The notes beneath the pieces are model-generated. The model was not told where the DNA came from. It saw nothing but the letters and a program-made list of their open reading frames with translations, and ran no database searches. From an uncultured candidate division Zixibacteria bacterium (lineage in GTDB: Bacteria; Zixibacteria; MSB-5A5; RBG-16-43-9), in the NCBI GenBank assembly GCA_963713865.1, contig OY970208.1:1216001-1280000 (forward strand): a DNA stretch of 64,000 nt. Direction: 5' to 3'. This document shows, piece after piece, positions 21,514 to 31,925 of this stretch (positions are counted from its first letter, which is position 1; every line of letters begins with the position of its first letter). The translations under genes and the position numbers were made by a program.

Positions 21514-23340
21514 ATGTGCGGGATCATTGGATATGTAGGTGATAAAAAAGCTGTGCCAATCCTCTTGGAGGGGTTAAGAAGATTGGAATATCGGGGGTAT
21601 GATTCAGCCGGGATTGCTATCTTAGAAGAGGAAGGGATAATCTTAGAGAAGTGTGCTGGGAAAGTCTCTGCTTTAGAGAATCTTTTAAAGGGAAAAAGTT
21701 TTCACAGTACCACCGGAATAGCCCATACCCGCTGGGCAACTCATGGAGAGCCAACAGACCTTAATGCCCATCCACATCTTGATTGCAAAAATAAGATTGC
21801 AGTCGTGCATAATGGTATCATCGAAAATTACAGGAGCTTAAAAGAGGTTTTATCCTCCAAGGGACATATCTTCACTTCAGACACAGATACTGAGGTCCTG
21901 GCTCATCTGATAGAGGAATATTATGAAGGAGATTTAGTAGAGGCAGTAAGGACTGCCTTGACCCAGGTGGAAGGGACCTATGGCATAGCAGTTATCTGCA
22001 AGGATAATCCAGAAGAGATAGTAGCAGCCAGGCATGGTAGCCCCCTGGTAATTGGTAGAGGAGAAGGGGAGAATTTAGTCGCCTCAGACTGCTCTGCGAT
22101 CATCCGGCATACTAACCAGGTGGTCTATTTAGAGGACAGGGAGATCGTTTATGTGACCAAAGATGGGTTTTCTATCTCTACTATAGACAAAGTTGAAGTA
22201 ACTCCTCATCTGCAGGAGATCTCCTGGAACTTAGATCAGATCGAAAAGGGTGGTTTCTCACATTTTATGCTAAAAGAGATCCACGAACAGCCTCTTACCC
22301 TGGTTAATGCTATGCGCGGAAGGTTGAACTACGAAGAAGGGATCTCCCGTTTGAATGGGTTAAACCTTCAATATGAAGAGCTTCACCATATAAATCGGGT
22401 TATCCTGACTGCCTGCGGAACCTCCTGGCATGCAGCTTTAATCGGCGAATATCTGATTGAGGATTTAGCCTCTATACCGGTGGAGGTGGAATATGCCTCG
22501 GAGTTCAGGTATAGAAGCCCGATAATTCAGGATGGATCAATCGTCTTTGTGATAAGCCAGTCAGGAGAAACTGCTGATACCTTAGCTGCAATGAAAGAAG
22601 CTAAGAAAAAAGGGGCAACGGTTTTAGGGATATGCAATGTAGTGGGCTCGACCATAGCGCGTGAAACTGATGGAGGAGTCTATATCCATGCTGGACCGGA
22701 GATAGGGGTTGCCTCCACCAAGGCTTTTACTTCCCAGATTTTAGTTTTGACCTTGATCTCTTTGCTTTTGGGCAGGATGAGAAACCTATCCTTAGAAAAG
22801 GGGAGGGAAGTAATAGAAGCATTGAGGACAATCCCGGAGCAGGTGGATTCTCTTTTGAAAAACGATTCTTACATAAAGGAGATTGCCAGAGAATATTATA
22901 AGAAAAATAATTTTCTGTATCTGGGTCGAGGAATCAACTATCCTGTGGCTTTAGAAGGAGCATTGAAGTTAAAAGAGATTTCCTATATCCATGCTGAGGG
23001 TTATCCAGCCGCAGAGATGAAGCATGGGCCAATTGCTTTAATTGATGAGAATATGCCAGCAGTGGTGATAGCCATAAAGGATAATGTTTATGAGAAGGTA
23101 TTATCTAATATCGAGGAGATAAAAGCCCGTAACGGTAGGGTTATAGCTATTGCAACCCAGGGAGATGAGGAGATCAACAAAAGAGTAAACCATGTGCTCT
23201 ATATACCCCAAACCTTAGAACAACTGACTCCTCTTTTAGCCATCATCCCCTTACAGCTTTTAGCTTACCATATGGCGGTCCTGCGTGGGTGTGATATCGA
23301 CCAGCCGAGGAATCTGGCGAAAAGCGTTACTGTAGAATAA
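21514..23340 (+). CDS. glmS: Glutamine-fructose-6-phosphate transaminase
   Basis: MCGIIG, LEYRGYDSAG, HTRWATHG, SQSGETADT, and PRNLAKSVTVE motifs. Confidence 0.98.
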   Translation: MCGIIGYVGDKKAVPILLEGLRRLEYRGYDSAGIAILEEEGIILEKCAGKVSALENLLKGKSFHSTTGIAHTRWATHGEPTDLNAHPHLDCKNKIAVVHNGIIENYRSLKEVLSSKGHIFTSDTDTEVLAHLIEEYYEGDLVEAVRTALTQVEGTYGIAVICKDNPEEIVAARHGSPLVIGRGEGENLVASDCSAIIRHTNQVVYLEDREIVYVTKDGFSISTIDKVEVTPHLQEISWNLDQIEKGGFSHFMLKEIHEQPLTLVNAMRGRLNYEEGISRLNGLNLQYEELHHINRVILTACGTSWHAALIGEYLIEDLASIPVEVEYASEFRYRSPIIQDGSIVFVISQSGETADTLAAMKEAKKKGATVLGICNVVGSTIARETDGGVYIHAGPEIGVASTKAFTSQILVLTLISLLLGRMRNLSLEKGREVIEALRTIPEQVDSLLKNDSYIKEIAREYYKKNNFLYLGRGINYPVALEGALKLKEISYIHAEGYPAAEMKHGPIALIDENMPAVVIAIKDNVYEKVLSNIEEIKARNGRVIAIATQGDEEINKRVNHVLYIPQTLEQLTPLLAIIPLQLLAYHMAVLRGCDIDQPRNLAKSVTVE

Positions 23341-23468
23341 GAAAGCTCAAAGGTTCAAAGTTCAATAGTTCAAGGGGAAAGACGTAGGGCAAGGCTTCAA
23401 TCTTGTAAAAAATAACAGATGACAGATGGAAGATAACGGATAAAAAAACAAAGGATGGATAACGAAAT

Positions 23469-23822
23469 ATGTCAATTTTCGATGCATTAAAATCAACAGC
23501 CAAAGTTCTACAAGAGGCTGGTAAGATTGAACAATATCAGCAAATATTAGATGCCATGGCTAAGCTTTTGGAAATGCAAAATAGGATAACGGAATTAGAA
23601 AGTGAAAATAAAGATCTTGAAGAGAAGCTTAGAATTAAACAAAATCTGGCATACGAAAACAACGCTTATTGGATTAACAAAGAAGATCAGAAAGATGGAC
23701 CTTTTTGTCCAAGATGTTGGGATAAAGATAAAGCTTTAATAAGAGTACCTACTTATCCTACGGACATTTGGAGTATATGCCCTGAATGTAAAAATCCTGT
23801 TCAAACAAGACCTGATAGATAA
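23469..23822 (+). CDS. Hypothetical protein: coiled coil plus C-terminal zinc ribbon
   Basis: GPFCPRCWD...CPEC motif. Confidence 0.65.
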   Translation: MSIFDALKSTAKVLQEAGKIEQYQQILDAMAKLLEMQNRITELESENKDLEEKLRIKQNLAYENNAYWINKEDQKDGPFCPRCWDKDKALIRVPTYPTDIWSICPECKNPVQTRPDR

Positions 23823-23879
23823 TATAGTTTATTTGATTGGTGAAAGAAGTCCTGTTCTTCAGAAAATTCAAATAATCGC

Positions 23880-24185
23880 GTAGGGGCGGAGCTTGTCTCC
23901 ACCCTTATATTTTGCTCGCAGACTAAAGTCTGCGGCTACCGAGCCAGCATCGTCACGGATTATGCACTCCATACCAAACCTCCCCTTTATCCCCTCCTTA
24001 TAAAGGAGGGGAAACTATTTCCCCTCTCCTCGTAGAAGAGGGTTAGGGTGAGGTCATCTTACTTCTTCTGTTTTCCGTCTTCCATCATAAATTTATCTTG
24101 TTTTTTCTTATTTTCGTATTATATTAGTCTGGAATTTTGACGTAGAATAGCTTAGTTACGCAGACTGAAGTCTGCGGCTACCAAT
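23880..24185. repeat. REP-like palindrome cluster
   Basis: cgcagact(a/g)aagtctgcggctac twice; gcatcgtcacggattatgcactcc; cccctcc...ggagggg and cctctcc...gagggttagggtgagg. Confidence 0.75.
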
Positions 24186-24201
24186 AAAGGAGGAAGAGGT
24201 T

Positions 24202-24453
24202 TTGAAAGAGAAAATTCATCCGAAGTATTATGAGACCACGATTACCTGTGCCTGTGGGAATGTGATTCATACCCGCTCCACAGTTAAGGACATACACGTG
24301 GAAATATGCTCAGCCTGTCATCCGTTTTTCACCGGGAAGCAGAAGTTATTGGATACTGCCGGCAGGGTGGAGCGGTTCAGGAGGAGATATAAAAAAGAGG
24401 AGAAGAAACCCGAATCCGAGTCTAAGGTAGAGGAAAAAGCTGAAGGGAAGTAG
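24202..24453 (+). CDS. rpmE: 50S ribosomal protein L31 (Zn-binding type)
   Basis: [23 protein letters not shown], and GRVERF motifs; TTG start with aggagg RBS. Confidence 0.95.
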   Translation: MKEKIHPKYYETTITCACGNVIHTRSTVKDIHVEICSACHPFFTGKQKLLDTAGRVERFRRRYKKEEKKPESESKVEEKAEGK

Positions 24454-24463
24454 TTTTTCATAC

Positions 24464-24513
24464 AAGGATTTACTGTTTTTCTCCCTTCGGGAGAATGACA
24501 GTAGATCCTTTTT
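24464..24513 (+). terminator. Rho-independent terminator after rpmE
   Basis: Long stem aaggatttactg..ctccc-ttc-gggag..cagtagatcctt followed by a T-run. Confidence 0.65.
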
Positions 24514-24710
24514 ATTTGGGGACAATAGAAAGATCGATAGATCTTATATAATCGTCGGGTCCCCTGACCCGACGGATTAGACTAAAATGGATGACAGGTC
24601 AGGGGACCTGACATCTACTGGAAAGTTAAACAGATTTCTTGAACTTTAAGGCTTCAGCTTTATTTTTTTAACCCCGTCAAAGGCGGGACACTCCAAAAGC
24701 GATTTTTAAG

Positions 24711-25691
24711 ATGGATAAAATAGCAGAAAAAGAAAAACATATCGGCGGGCAGGCGGTGATTGAAGGGGTGATGATGAGGTCCTCTATTAGGGTCTCCACT
24801 GCGGTCAGGAAGCAGAGCGGGGAGATCGTGGTTAAAAATGAGGATTATATCCCTCTTTCCAAAAGGTATAAATTATTGAATATTCCTGTTCTTCGAGGGG
24901 TAGTCTCTTTTGTGGAGATGCTGGTTATTGGTATAAAGAGCCTGAATTTCTCCGCAGATATAGCAGTAGAAGAGATAGAAGAAAAGGAGGGGAAAAGCAA
25001 AAACAAATCCAGAAGTAAAGGATCACATGGTTTGATGCTTGGTTTGGCAGTGATCTTAGCTTTAGGTCTGGGCATTTTAATCTTTTTCTTTTTACCTTTG
25101 TTTTTTTCCAGCCTTTTAAGAATAAAAAGGGAAGCTTTAGCCTTTAACTTGGTGGCTGGAATGATAAGGGTGGCTATGTTTTTAATCTATGTCTGGGCTA
25201 TATCCAGATTTAAAGATTTCAAGAGAATATTTGAATATCACGGGGCAGAGCATAAATCTATCTATGCCTATGAAGCAGATGAGGATTTGACTTACGAGAA
25301 AGTAAAAAAATTCAGCACCAGGCATCCCCGGTGCGGAACCAGTTTTATCCTGATTGTGGCTATCTTTGCCATATTCATCTACTCGATCTCAGATACCGTC
25401 TATACCATAATCGCCGGTACCTATCCGCCACTTTTGAAAAGATTTTTACTCCACTTTACCCTCTTACCTTTAGTAGCGGGTGGCTCGTATGAGCTTTTGA
25501 AACTATCTGGAAAAACTAAAGATAATCGCATAACCAGGGCACTTTCCGCTCCTGGCATCTGGCTTCAGAAGATAACTACCCAGGAGCCGGATGAATCCCA
25601 GTTAGAGGTGGCGATTGTTGCCTTAGAGAGCGCTTTAGGGAAATCCATTTCCTCGAATGAGGATGATAAAAAGATAAGCGAGAAGATATGA
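24711..25691 (+). CDS. DUF1385 membrane protein
   Basis: [20 protein letters not shown], and HPRCGTSF motifs; usual rpmE-DUF1385-prfA context. Confidence 0.9.
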   Translation: MDKIAEKEKHIGGQAVIEGVMMRSSIRVSTAVRKQSGEIVVKNEDYIPLSKRYKLLNIPVLRGVVSFVEMLVIGIKSLNFSADIAVEEIEEKEGKSKNKSRSKGSHGLMLGLAVILALGLGILIFFFLPLFFSSLLRIKREALAFNLVAGMIRVAMFLIYVWAISRFKDFKRIFEYHGAEHKSIYAYEADEDLTYEKVKKFSTRHPRCGTSFILIVAIFAIFIYSISDTVYTIIAGTYPPLLKRFLLHFTLLPLVAGGSYELLKLSGKTKDNRITRALSAPGIWLQKITTQEPDESQLEVAIVALESALGKSISSNEDDKKISEKI

Positions 25692-26764
25692 TTGAACTTT
25701 TAGATAAAATTGAACAAAAACACAAAGAGCTTACCCAGCTACTGTCTGATCCTCAGGTCTTACAGGACCAGAACAGGTATAGAAAGATTGCCAAGGAGCA
25801 GGCGGAGTTTTCAGAGATAGTCGAGCTTTATTCAGAGTTAAAAAAGGTCTCATCCCAGATAGAGGAGGATGAGAAGATCAAAGCTCAATCAGAGGATAAG
25901 GAATTAATTGAGTTAGCTAAAACTGAAATAGAGGAGCTTAAAGATAAAAAGATAAAGTTGGAGGAAAAGCTCCGAGCCCTTTTAACGCCCAAAGACCCGA
26001 ATGATAGCAAAAATACCATTGTGGAGATAAGGGCTGGGACAGGAGGGGAAGAAGCGGGGCTTTTTGCATCAGATTTATACCGCATGTATATAAAGTATTC
26101 AGAGAAAAAAGGGTGGAAAACAGAGGTATTAAGCTCAAATCCTACTGGTCTGGGTGGTTTTAAGGAGATAATCTTCTCAGTGGATGGGGATAAAGTTTAT
26201 AAGAATTTAAAATATGAAAGCGGGGTGCATCGGGTTCAAAGGGTTCCGAAAACAGAAGCCTCAGGCAGGATCCATACTTCAGCCGCATCAGTAGCAGTTC
26301 TTCCAGAGGCAGAAGAGATAGAGCTTGCCATAAAACCGGAGGAGTTAAAGATTGATGTTTTCAGATCCTCCGGTCCTGGTGGTCAGTCAGTCAATACGAC
26401 GGATTCAGCCGTCAGGATAACTCACCTTCCTACAAATACTGTGGTAACCTGTCAGGATGAGAAATCACAGTTGAAAAATAAGAATAAAGCCTTGAAGGTG
26501 CTAAGGGCACGTCTTTTGGATAAAGCCCGAACCGACCAGGAGGAGAAGATTGCTCAAGAGAGGAAATCGATGGTTAAAACCGGGGATCGGTCTGAGAAAA
26601 TCAGAACTTATAATTTCCCCCAGAACCGGGTAACAGACCATCGGATCGGTTTAACCTTACACCGGTTAGAAGAGGTTCTGTCCGGGGATTTAGAGGAGTT
26701 AGTCGAATCTTTAGAAAAGGAAGAACAGGCGGAGAAATTAAAAGGTGAAAAGGTATTAAAATAA
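25688..26764 (+). CDS. prfA: Peptide chain release factor 1
   Basis: [12 protein letters not shown] (PxT), GGQ, and [16 protein letters not shown] motifs. Confidence 0.97.
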   Translation: MIELLDKIEQKHKELTQLLSDPQVLQDQNRYRKIAKEQAEFSEIVELYSELKKVSSQIEEDEKIKAQSEDKELIELAKTEIEELKDKKIKLEEKLRALLTPKDPNDSKNTIVEIRAGTGGEEAGLFASDLYRMYIKYSEKKGWKTEVLSSNPTGLGGFKEIIFSVDGDKVYKNLKYESGVHRVQRVPKTEASGRIHTSAASVAVLPEAEEIELAIKPEELKIDVFRSSGPGGQSVNTTDSAVRITHLPTNTVVTCQDEKSQLKNKNKALKVLRARLLDKARTDQEEKIAQERKSMVKTGDRSEKIRTYNFPQNRVTDHRIGLTLHRLEEVLSGDLEELVESLEKEEQAEKLKGEKVLK

Positions 26765-26776
26765 AAGAGGGAGAAT

Positions 26777-27637
26777 ATGAAGATTTTTAAATTAATCTTA
26801 GCTTTCATAATCACCTTATTTCTACTTGTCATAGCCAGAAAGATTTCTACCCGGGAACCAGAATACAATGCAGTTATAAATGACGGCATCAGTCTTTCTC
26901 ATACAACGGTAACCCAGCAAGTTGGTTCAGGAAAGGTTAGGATTGATGCGACCCTGAAAACTCCAGAACCTCCGGGTAATTATTCCTTTAACCTTTTCTA
27001 TAAAATAGGGAAAGGGAAAGATGAATATAAAAGTTTAAAGATGGAGTTAGTTGAGGGGGCAACTGACCAGTTTGTTGCTTTTATACCCTCCCAGCCAAAG
27101 GGTAAAAGAGCCTATTATTATCTGTCTTTGGCGGATAATCAGGGCAAAGAGATTTTAACTTTACCGGAGAAGGTAAATCTTCTGAATGATCCTTATTTGA
27201 TTAAATTCAAGGGGAGAGTTTCACCGGTAATCTTAATCTTACATATACTGACTATGTTTGGTTCTGTTTTCTTTATATTTTTAGTTTTGTTTTCTGCTTT
27301 TGAGATATTGTGGAACAAAGATACGATCAGAAAACTCTCTGTTTATACTTTATGGGGCACAATCTTATCCTTCATAGGCGGAGTGCCTTTAGGGATTTTG
27401 GTAACCAACCAGACCTTTGGAGAGATCTGGGGAGGGTTCCCCATTTTCACTGATAGAACTGACAGCAAGACCTCGATTTTAATCTTTTACTGGGCAATTA
27501 TGCTTCTCCTGATGAAAGGCTCAGCTTTTAAAAAAGATAAAAATTTCAATCTTTTGCCAGAAAAAACCCTTGCCTGGTTTGCTATTTTAGGTTTTATTTT
27601 AACCTTAGCGATTTATCTTATACCCCATAGTATATGA
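26777..27637 (+). CDS. Hypothetical membrane protein (signal anchor, soluble beta domain, about 4 TM helices)
   Basis: Hydropathy pattern; ATGA overlap with tldD. Confidence 0.6.
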   Translation: MKIFKLILAFIITLFLLVIARKISTREPEYNAVINDGISLSHTTVTQQVGSGKVRIDATLKTPEPPGNYSFNLFYKIGKGKDEYKSLKMELVEGATDQFVAFIPSQPKGKRAYYYLSLADNQGKEILTLPEKVNLLNDPYLIKFKGRVSPVILILHILTMFGSVFFIFLVLFSAFEILWNKDTIRKLSVYTLWGTILSFIGGVPLGILVTNQTFGEIWGGFPIFTDRTDSKTSILIFYWAIMLLLMKGSAFKKDKNFNLLPEKTLAWFAILGFILTLAIYLIPHSI

Positions 27638-29079
27638 TAGATTTAAAAAAAGCATCAGATATTGCTTTAAACGCTGCAAAATCCAAAGGGGCAAGTTATA
27701 CAGATATCAGGATTATCAATACTGAAGATGAGAATATCTCAGTTAAAAATGGTGCTACAGAGCTGATAGAGGAAAGCAGCTCTTTCGGATTTGGTATTAG
27801 AGTAATCGCGGATGGTGCCTGGGGTTTTGCCTCTTCACCGGATTTAGACGAAGTTAATCTCAAAAAGATTGCAGAGCTTTCAGTTAAAATCGCTAAAGCC
27901 TCAGCCAAGCTCAAGCAAAAAGATTTGGTTTTAGCTCCAGCGAGTAAGACTATAGATTCATATAAAACTCCTATTGAAAAAGATCCATTCACCATCCCAA
28001 TGAAGGAAAAATTAGATTACCTTTTATATTTAGATCAACTCCTGAGAAAAACAGAAGGGCTGACTTCAACTTCTGCCTTTATGAACTTCAGAAAGGAGAA
28101 TAGCCTTTTTATAAGTTCTGAGGGTTCTTCAATCGAACAGACCCTGATTCACAGCGGAGCCGGGATAGAGGCTTTATGTATGAAATCAAGAAAAGAGATG
28201 GGGAGAAGGTCTTTTCCGGATTCAAACGGTCAGTATGAATCCAAGGGTTATGAACTGATCAATGAACTAAAATTTGAGGAGAACTGCGAAAAAACTGCTA
28301 AACAAGCAATAGGACTTCTCTCAGCACTAGAATGTCCTTCAGGGACAAAGACTATAGTTTTAGATGGTCCTCAACTCTCCTTACAGATCCATGAATCCAT
28401 TGGTCATCCCTTGGAATTAGACCGGGTTTTAGGTGCAGAGAAAAACTTCTCTGGGACAAGCTTTGCCATACTGGATAAACTGAATAAACTTAAATATGGC
28501 TCAGAGATAGTGAATGTGGTTACTGATTCAATTTATCCTTCTGGTTTAGGGACTTTCGGTTATGATGATGAAGGGGTGAAGGCGCAGAGAAAAGATTTAA
28601 TCAAAAATGGAATTTTAGTGGGATATTTAACCTCAAGGGAAACAGCTCCTCTAGTTAAAACTTTATCCAACGGCTCGATGAGAGCAGATGGCTGGGGGAA
28701 TATACCGATTATCCGGATGACCAATACCATTCTTTTACCGGGTGATAAAAGTTTTGAGGATTTGATTTCAGAGATAGATGATGGGATTTATATGGAGACC
28801 GTTTCCTCCTGGAGCATAGATGATAACCGGGAGAATTTCAAGATGGGGTGTGAGATTGGCTGGGAGATTAAAAATGGAAAACTTGGTGATATGATAAAAA
28901 ATCCGACCTATTCCGGGAATACGGTTGAGTTCTGGAATTCCTGTGATGCGATTTGCAGTGATAAATATTTCAAGGTTTGGGGAACTCCTAACTGCGGTAA
29001 GGGCCAACCAGGACAAAATGCCCGTACCGGACAAGGTGCATCACCTGCGAGATTTAAGAATGTGAAAGTGGGAAGTTAA
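27634..29079 (+). CDS. tldD: TldD metalloprotease
   Basis: GIRV..DGAWGFAS, HESIGHPLELDR, YDDEGV, RMTNT, and CGKGQP motifs. Confidence 0.92.
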   Translation: MIDLKKASDIALNAAKSKGASYTDIRIINTEDENISVKNGATELIEESSSFGFGIRVIADGAWGFASSPDLDEVNLKKIAELSVKIAKASAKLKQKDLVLAPASKTIDSYKTPIEKDPFTIPMKEKLDYLLYLDQLLRKTEGLTSTSAFMNFRKENSLFISSEGSSIEQTLIHSGAGIEALCMKSRKEMGRRSFPDSNGQYESKGYELINELKFEENCEKTAKQAIGLLSALECPSGTKTIVLDGPQLSLQIHESIGHPLELDRVLGAEKNFSGTSFAILDKLNKLKYGSEIVNVVTDSIYPSGLGTFGYDDEGVKAQRKDLIKNGILVGYLTSRETAPLVKTLSNGSMRADGWGNIPIIRMTNTILLPGDKSFEDLISEIDDGIYMETVSSWSIDDNRENFKMGCEIGWEIKNGKLGDMIKNPTYSGNTVEFWNSCDAICSDKYFKVWGTPNCGKGQPGQNARTGQGASPARFKNVKVGS

Positions 29080-29083
29080 TTTT

Positions 29084-30406
29084 ATGCTCTCAAAAGAAAA
29101 AGCCTTTGAGATTTTAGAAAAGGGATTGAAATATTCTGATGCAGACCAAACGGAACTGCTTCTTATGGAGGAGGATTTTTATCTGACCAGGTTTGCGGAG
29201 AACGTTATTCATCAGAATATGGGAAGAGAAGACCATACAGTTATGGCAAGGGCAGTTTTTGACAAAAAAGTCGGGGTGGCAGTGACTAACAAGATAGATG
29301 AGGATGGAATTCAAAAAGTTATAAAGGATGCGATTGAGATTGCAAAAAACCAGGAAGAAGACCCGGATTTTGTCTCATTGCCTCAATCAAATCCAGCTCC
29401 AGAAATAAAAGGTTTTTACCAGAGCACAAATAATTTTACTCCTGAGGATAGAGCAAAAGGTGTTAAGATTGCTGTGGATAAATGCAAGACAAATAATTTA
29501 ATATCCGCAGGTGCTTTTCAGACTGAGTCTGATATTACAGCAGTAGTTAATTTCTTGGGGATAAGACAATATTTTCAGGAGACCAAAGCCAATTTCTCTT
29601 TAACTACAAGCAGGAATGAGCAATCCGGCTGGGCGCAGGGGTATTCCAGAGATGTTAATAATTTAGATATTGCTCGACTTAGTCAGATTGCAGTTGAAAA
29701 GGCTCTGCTATCAGCTAATCAGATAGAGCTTCCTCCAGGTGAATACACAGTTATCCTAGAAGAAGCGGCAGTGACATCTTTGCTTTTATTTTTAGCTTTC
29801 TTGGGATTTGGAGCCAAAACCTTTACTGAAGGTAAAAGTTATATGAAGTTAGGGGAAAAGCTGACCGGTGATAATATCACTATCATCGAAGATCCCTATG
29901 ACCCGGTGATGAGCGGAATCCCATTTGATTACGAAGGAGTAACCAAGAAAAAAGTTGTTCTGATAGAAAACGGAATCGGCAAAGGCGTGGTTTACAATTC
30001 CTATTATGCTAACAAGAACAAAACCGAATCGACCGGGCATGCGCTTCCTCCCAATAACACCTTTGGACCTTATCCCAAGAATATGATTATGTCGCCAGGA
30101 AACTCCACACTTCAGGAGATGATTGCATCTATTGAAAAAGGGATTTTAATTACCCATTTCTGGTATATCAATTATATGAATCCGATGAAGACGATGGTTA
30201 CCGGCACAACCCGGGATGGTACATTCCTTATAGAAAACGGGAAGATAAAATCTGCAGTTAAAAACATGAGGATCGGGCAGAGTATTTTAGAGGCATTCTC
30301 CAATGTGGAGCTGATGACCAGGGAAAGAAAGCTCTGTCCCCAGTATGGCGTTTTGATGTATGTCCCGGCAATGAAGATAAATAAGTTTAATTTCATCGGA
30401 GGATAA
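29084..30406 (+). CDS. pmbA: TldE/PmbA family protein
   Basis: TRFAEN.IHQN, PG.YTVILE, PFDYEG, STGHA, and TG.TRDGTFLIENG motifs. Confidence 0.85.
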   Translation: MLSKEKAFEILEKGLKYSDADQTELLLMEEDFYLTRFAENVIHQNMGREDHTVMARAVFDKKVGVAVTNKIDEDGIQKVIKDAIEIAKNQEEDPDFVSLPQSNPAPEIKGFYQSTNNFTPEDRAKGVKIAVDKCKTNNLISAGAFQTESDITAVVNFLGIRQYFQETKANFSLTTSRNEQSGWAQGYSRDVNNLDIARLSQIAVEKALLSANQIELPPGEYTVILEEAAVTSLLLFLAFLGFGAKTFTEGKSYMKLGEKLTGDNITIIEDPYDPVMSGIPFDYEGVTKKKVVLIENGIGKGVVYNSYYANKNKTESTGHALPPNNTFGPYPKNMIMSPGNSTLQEMIASIEKGILITHFWYINYMNPMKTMVTGTTRDGTFLIENGKIKSAVKNMRIGQSILEAFSNVELMTRERKLCPQYGVLMYVPAMKINKFNFIGG

Positions 30407-30469
30407 TAAAGAAAAGTTCAAAGGTTTAACCGCTCAAAGGTTCGAAGGAGAAAGAACTATGTTGTGACC

Positions 30470-30600
30470 ACCAGGTCCCTGACCTGGCGGGGAGATAAGA
30501 TTCTGTCGGGTCAGGGGACCCGACAGGCACAAATACAAGTGGTAGCCGCAACCTTTAGGTTGCGAGTAACTATACGCAGACTAAAGTCTGCGGCTACAAA
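30470..30600. repeat. REP-like palindrome cluster
   Basis: gtcgggtcaggggacccgac; inverted pair gtagccgcaacctttaggttgcg / cgcagactaaagtctgcggctac (REP doublet). Confidence 0.75.
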
Positions 30601-30609
30601 ATAAAAAAA

Positions 30610-30852
30610 ATGAAAAGAAGAAAATTTATCAAAACTCTTGGATTTGGTAGTATCGGATTATACCTGCTACCATCATTTATTGCAAAGACTACCACTTCTT
30701 TTTTACCAGATAAATCAGATTTTATCCCACCGGTTAACTGGCTTTATGGCTCTCCCCAGAAAGGGTGCTCCACTTCGCTTCTTTCCTCTGAATTTCATGG
30801 AAAGCTCGAAAACGGTTTGGAGGACTGGGCTAATTTCAGATTTAGAGCATAA
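30610..30852 (+). CDS. Small protein with twin-arginine-like signal
   Basis: MKRRKFIKTLG followed by a hydrophobic stretch; ends 3 bp before prmC. Confidence 0.45.
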   Translation: MKRRKFIKTLGFGSIGLYLLPSFIAKTTTSFLPDKSDFIPPVNWLYGSPQKGCSTSLLSSEFHGKLENGLEDWANFRFRA

Positions 30853-30855
30853 TCA

Positions 30856-31728
30856 ATGGGCAAAACAATTTTAGAAGCCCTTCACTCTGCTACTGAAGTT
30901 TTCTGGAAAAAAGATATCGAAAGCCCGCGAATAGAAGCCGAGCTGCTTTTAGGTCATATCCTCAATTTAAAAAGGACCGAGCTTTATCTGAACAGCCAGA
31001 AAGTTTTATCTCCTGAAGAAGAGGGGACTCTTGATAGATTAATTAGAGATAGACTCTCGGGGAAGCCTTTGCAATATATCTTAGGCGAAGTGGAATTTTA
31101 TGGTCTAAAGTTTAAAATCGACCATAGGGCTTTGATTCCCCGCCCGGAAACCGAAATTTTAATCTCAAAGGTTACGGAACATTTCAAAAAAGAAAAAAGG
31201 GAATCAGATTTTTTAAAGATCGTGGATGTTGGCACCGGCTCAGGGAATATCGCGATTGCCTTAGCCTGTAATCTTAAAAACTCTTTTGTCTATGCTGCTG
31301 ATATATCCTCAGATGCTCTATCTCTTGCCAGAGAAAATGCGGAAATAAATAAAGTCGAAAAAAGAATTGAATTTCTATGCGGTGATCTTTTAACTACCTT
31401 GCAAAATAGAAATTTAGAGGGGAAGATCGATGCCATAGTCTCTAATCCTCCTTATGTTCAAAAAGAGGAAAAGGAGATTCTGCCCAGAGAGGTTAAAGAC
31501 TATGAGCCGGAAATAGCCTTGTTTATTGAAAAAGGATTATATCAAAGAATAATCAAACAATCTTCAATTTACCTGAAAAAAGAGGGAGGGATTTTAGCAC
31601 TGGAAACAGGTTATAATCAGGCACAGGCAGTTAAAAATTTAATTGAAGCCAAAGGGGATTATACCACTATCGAAATCATAAAAGATCTGGCAGGGATTGA
31701 AAGGGTAGTGTTTGCGATTAAGAGGTAG
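30856..31728 (+). CDS. prmC: Release factor glutamine methyltransferase
   Basis: PLQYILG, LIPRPETE, DVGTGSG, and SNPPY motifs. Confidence 0.95.
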   Translation: MGKTILEALHSATEVFWKKDIESPRIEAELLLGHILNLKRTELYLNSQKVLSPEEEGTLDRLIRDRLSGKPLQYILGEVEFYGLKFKIDHRALIPRPETEILISKVTEHFKKEKRESDFLKIVDVGTGSGNIAIALACNLKNSFVYAADISSDALSLARENAEINKVEKRIEFLCGDLLTTLQNRNLEGKIDAIVSNPPYVQKEEKEILPREVKDYEPEIALFIEKGLYQRIIKQSSIYLKKEGGILALETGYNQAQAVKNLIEAKGDYTTIEIIKDLAGIERVVFAIKR

Positions 31729-31850
31729 CGCCGGTGTCATTGCGAGCCCTCTACGGGGACGACTGAAGAATCTCCCTCAAGGTCAAATTCGACAGATTTT
31801 ACCCCCGCCACAGGCTGGGGCAGAATGACACATTCACAGTTGTTTCCTTC

Positions 31851-31878
31851 TTGACAAATCCGGCTTATTCGTTATATT
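31851..31878 (+). promoter_or_regulatory. Sigma70-type promoter for tdh
   Basis: TTGACA-16 nt-TATATT upstream of the aaggag RBS. Confidence 0.55.
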
Positions 31879-31925
31879 TTTCACGAATTTTTATTTGATA
31901 ATTAAAAATATAATAAGGAGTAAAG

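Noticed and set aside
23340-23830. Tn7-like insertion downstream of glmS
   Set aside because: No tns genes or TGT...ACA ends with repeated binding sites; only one small gene and REPs.
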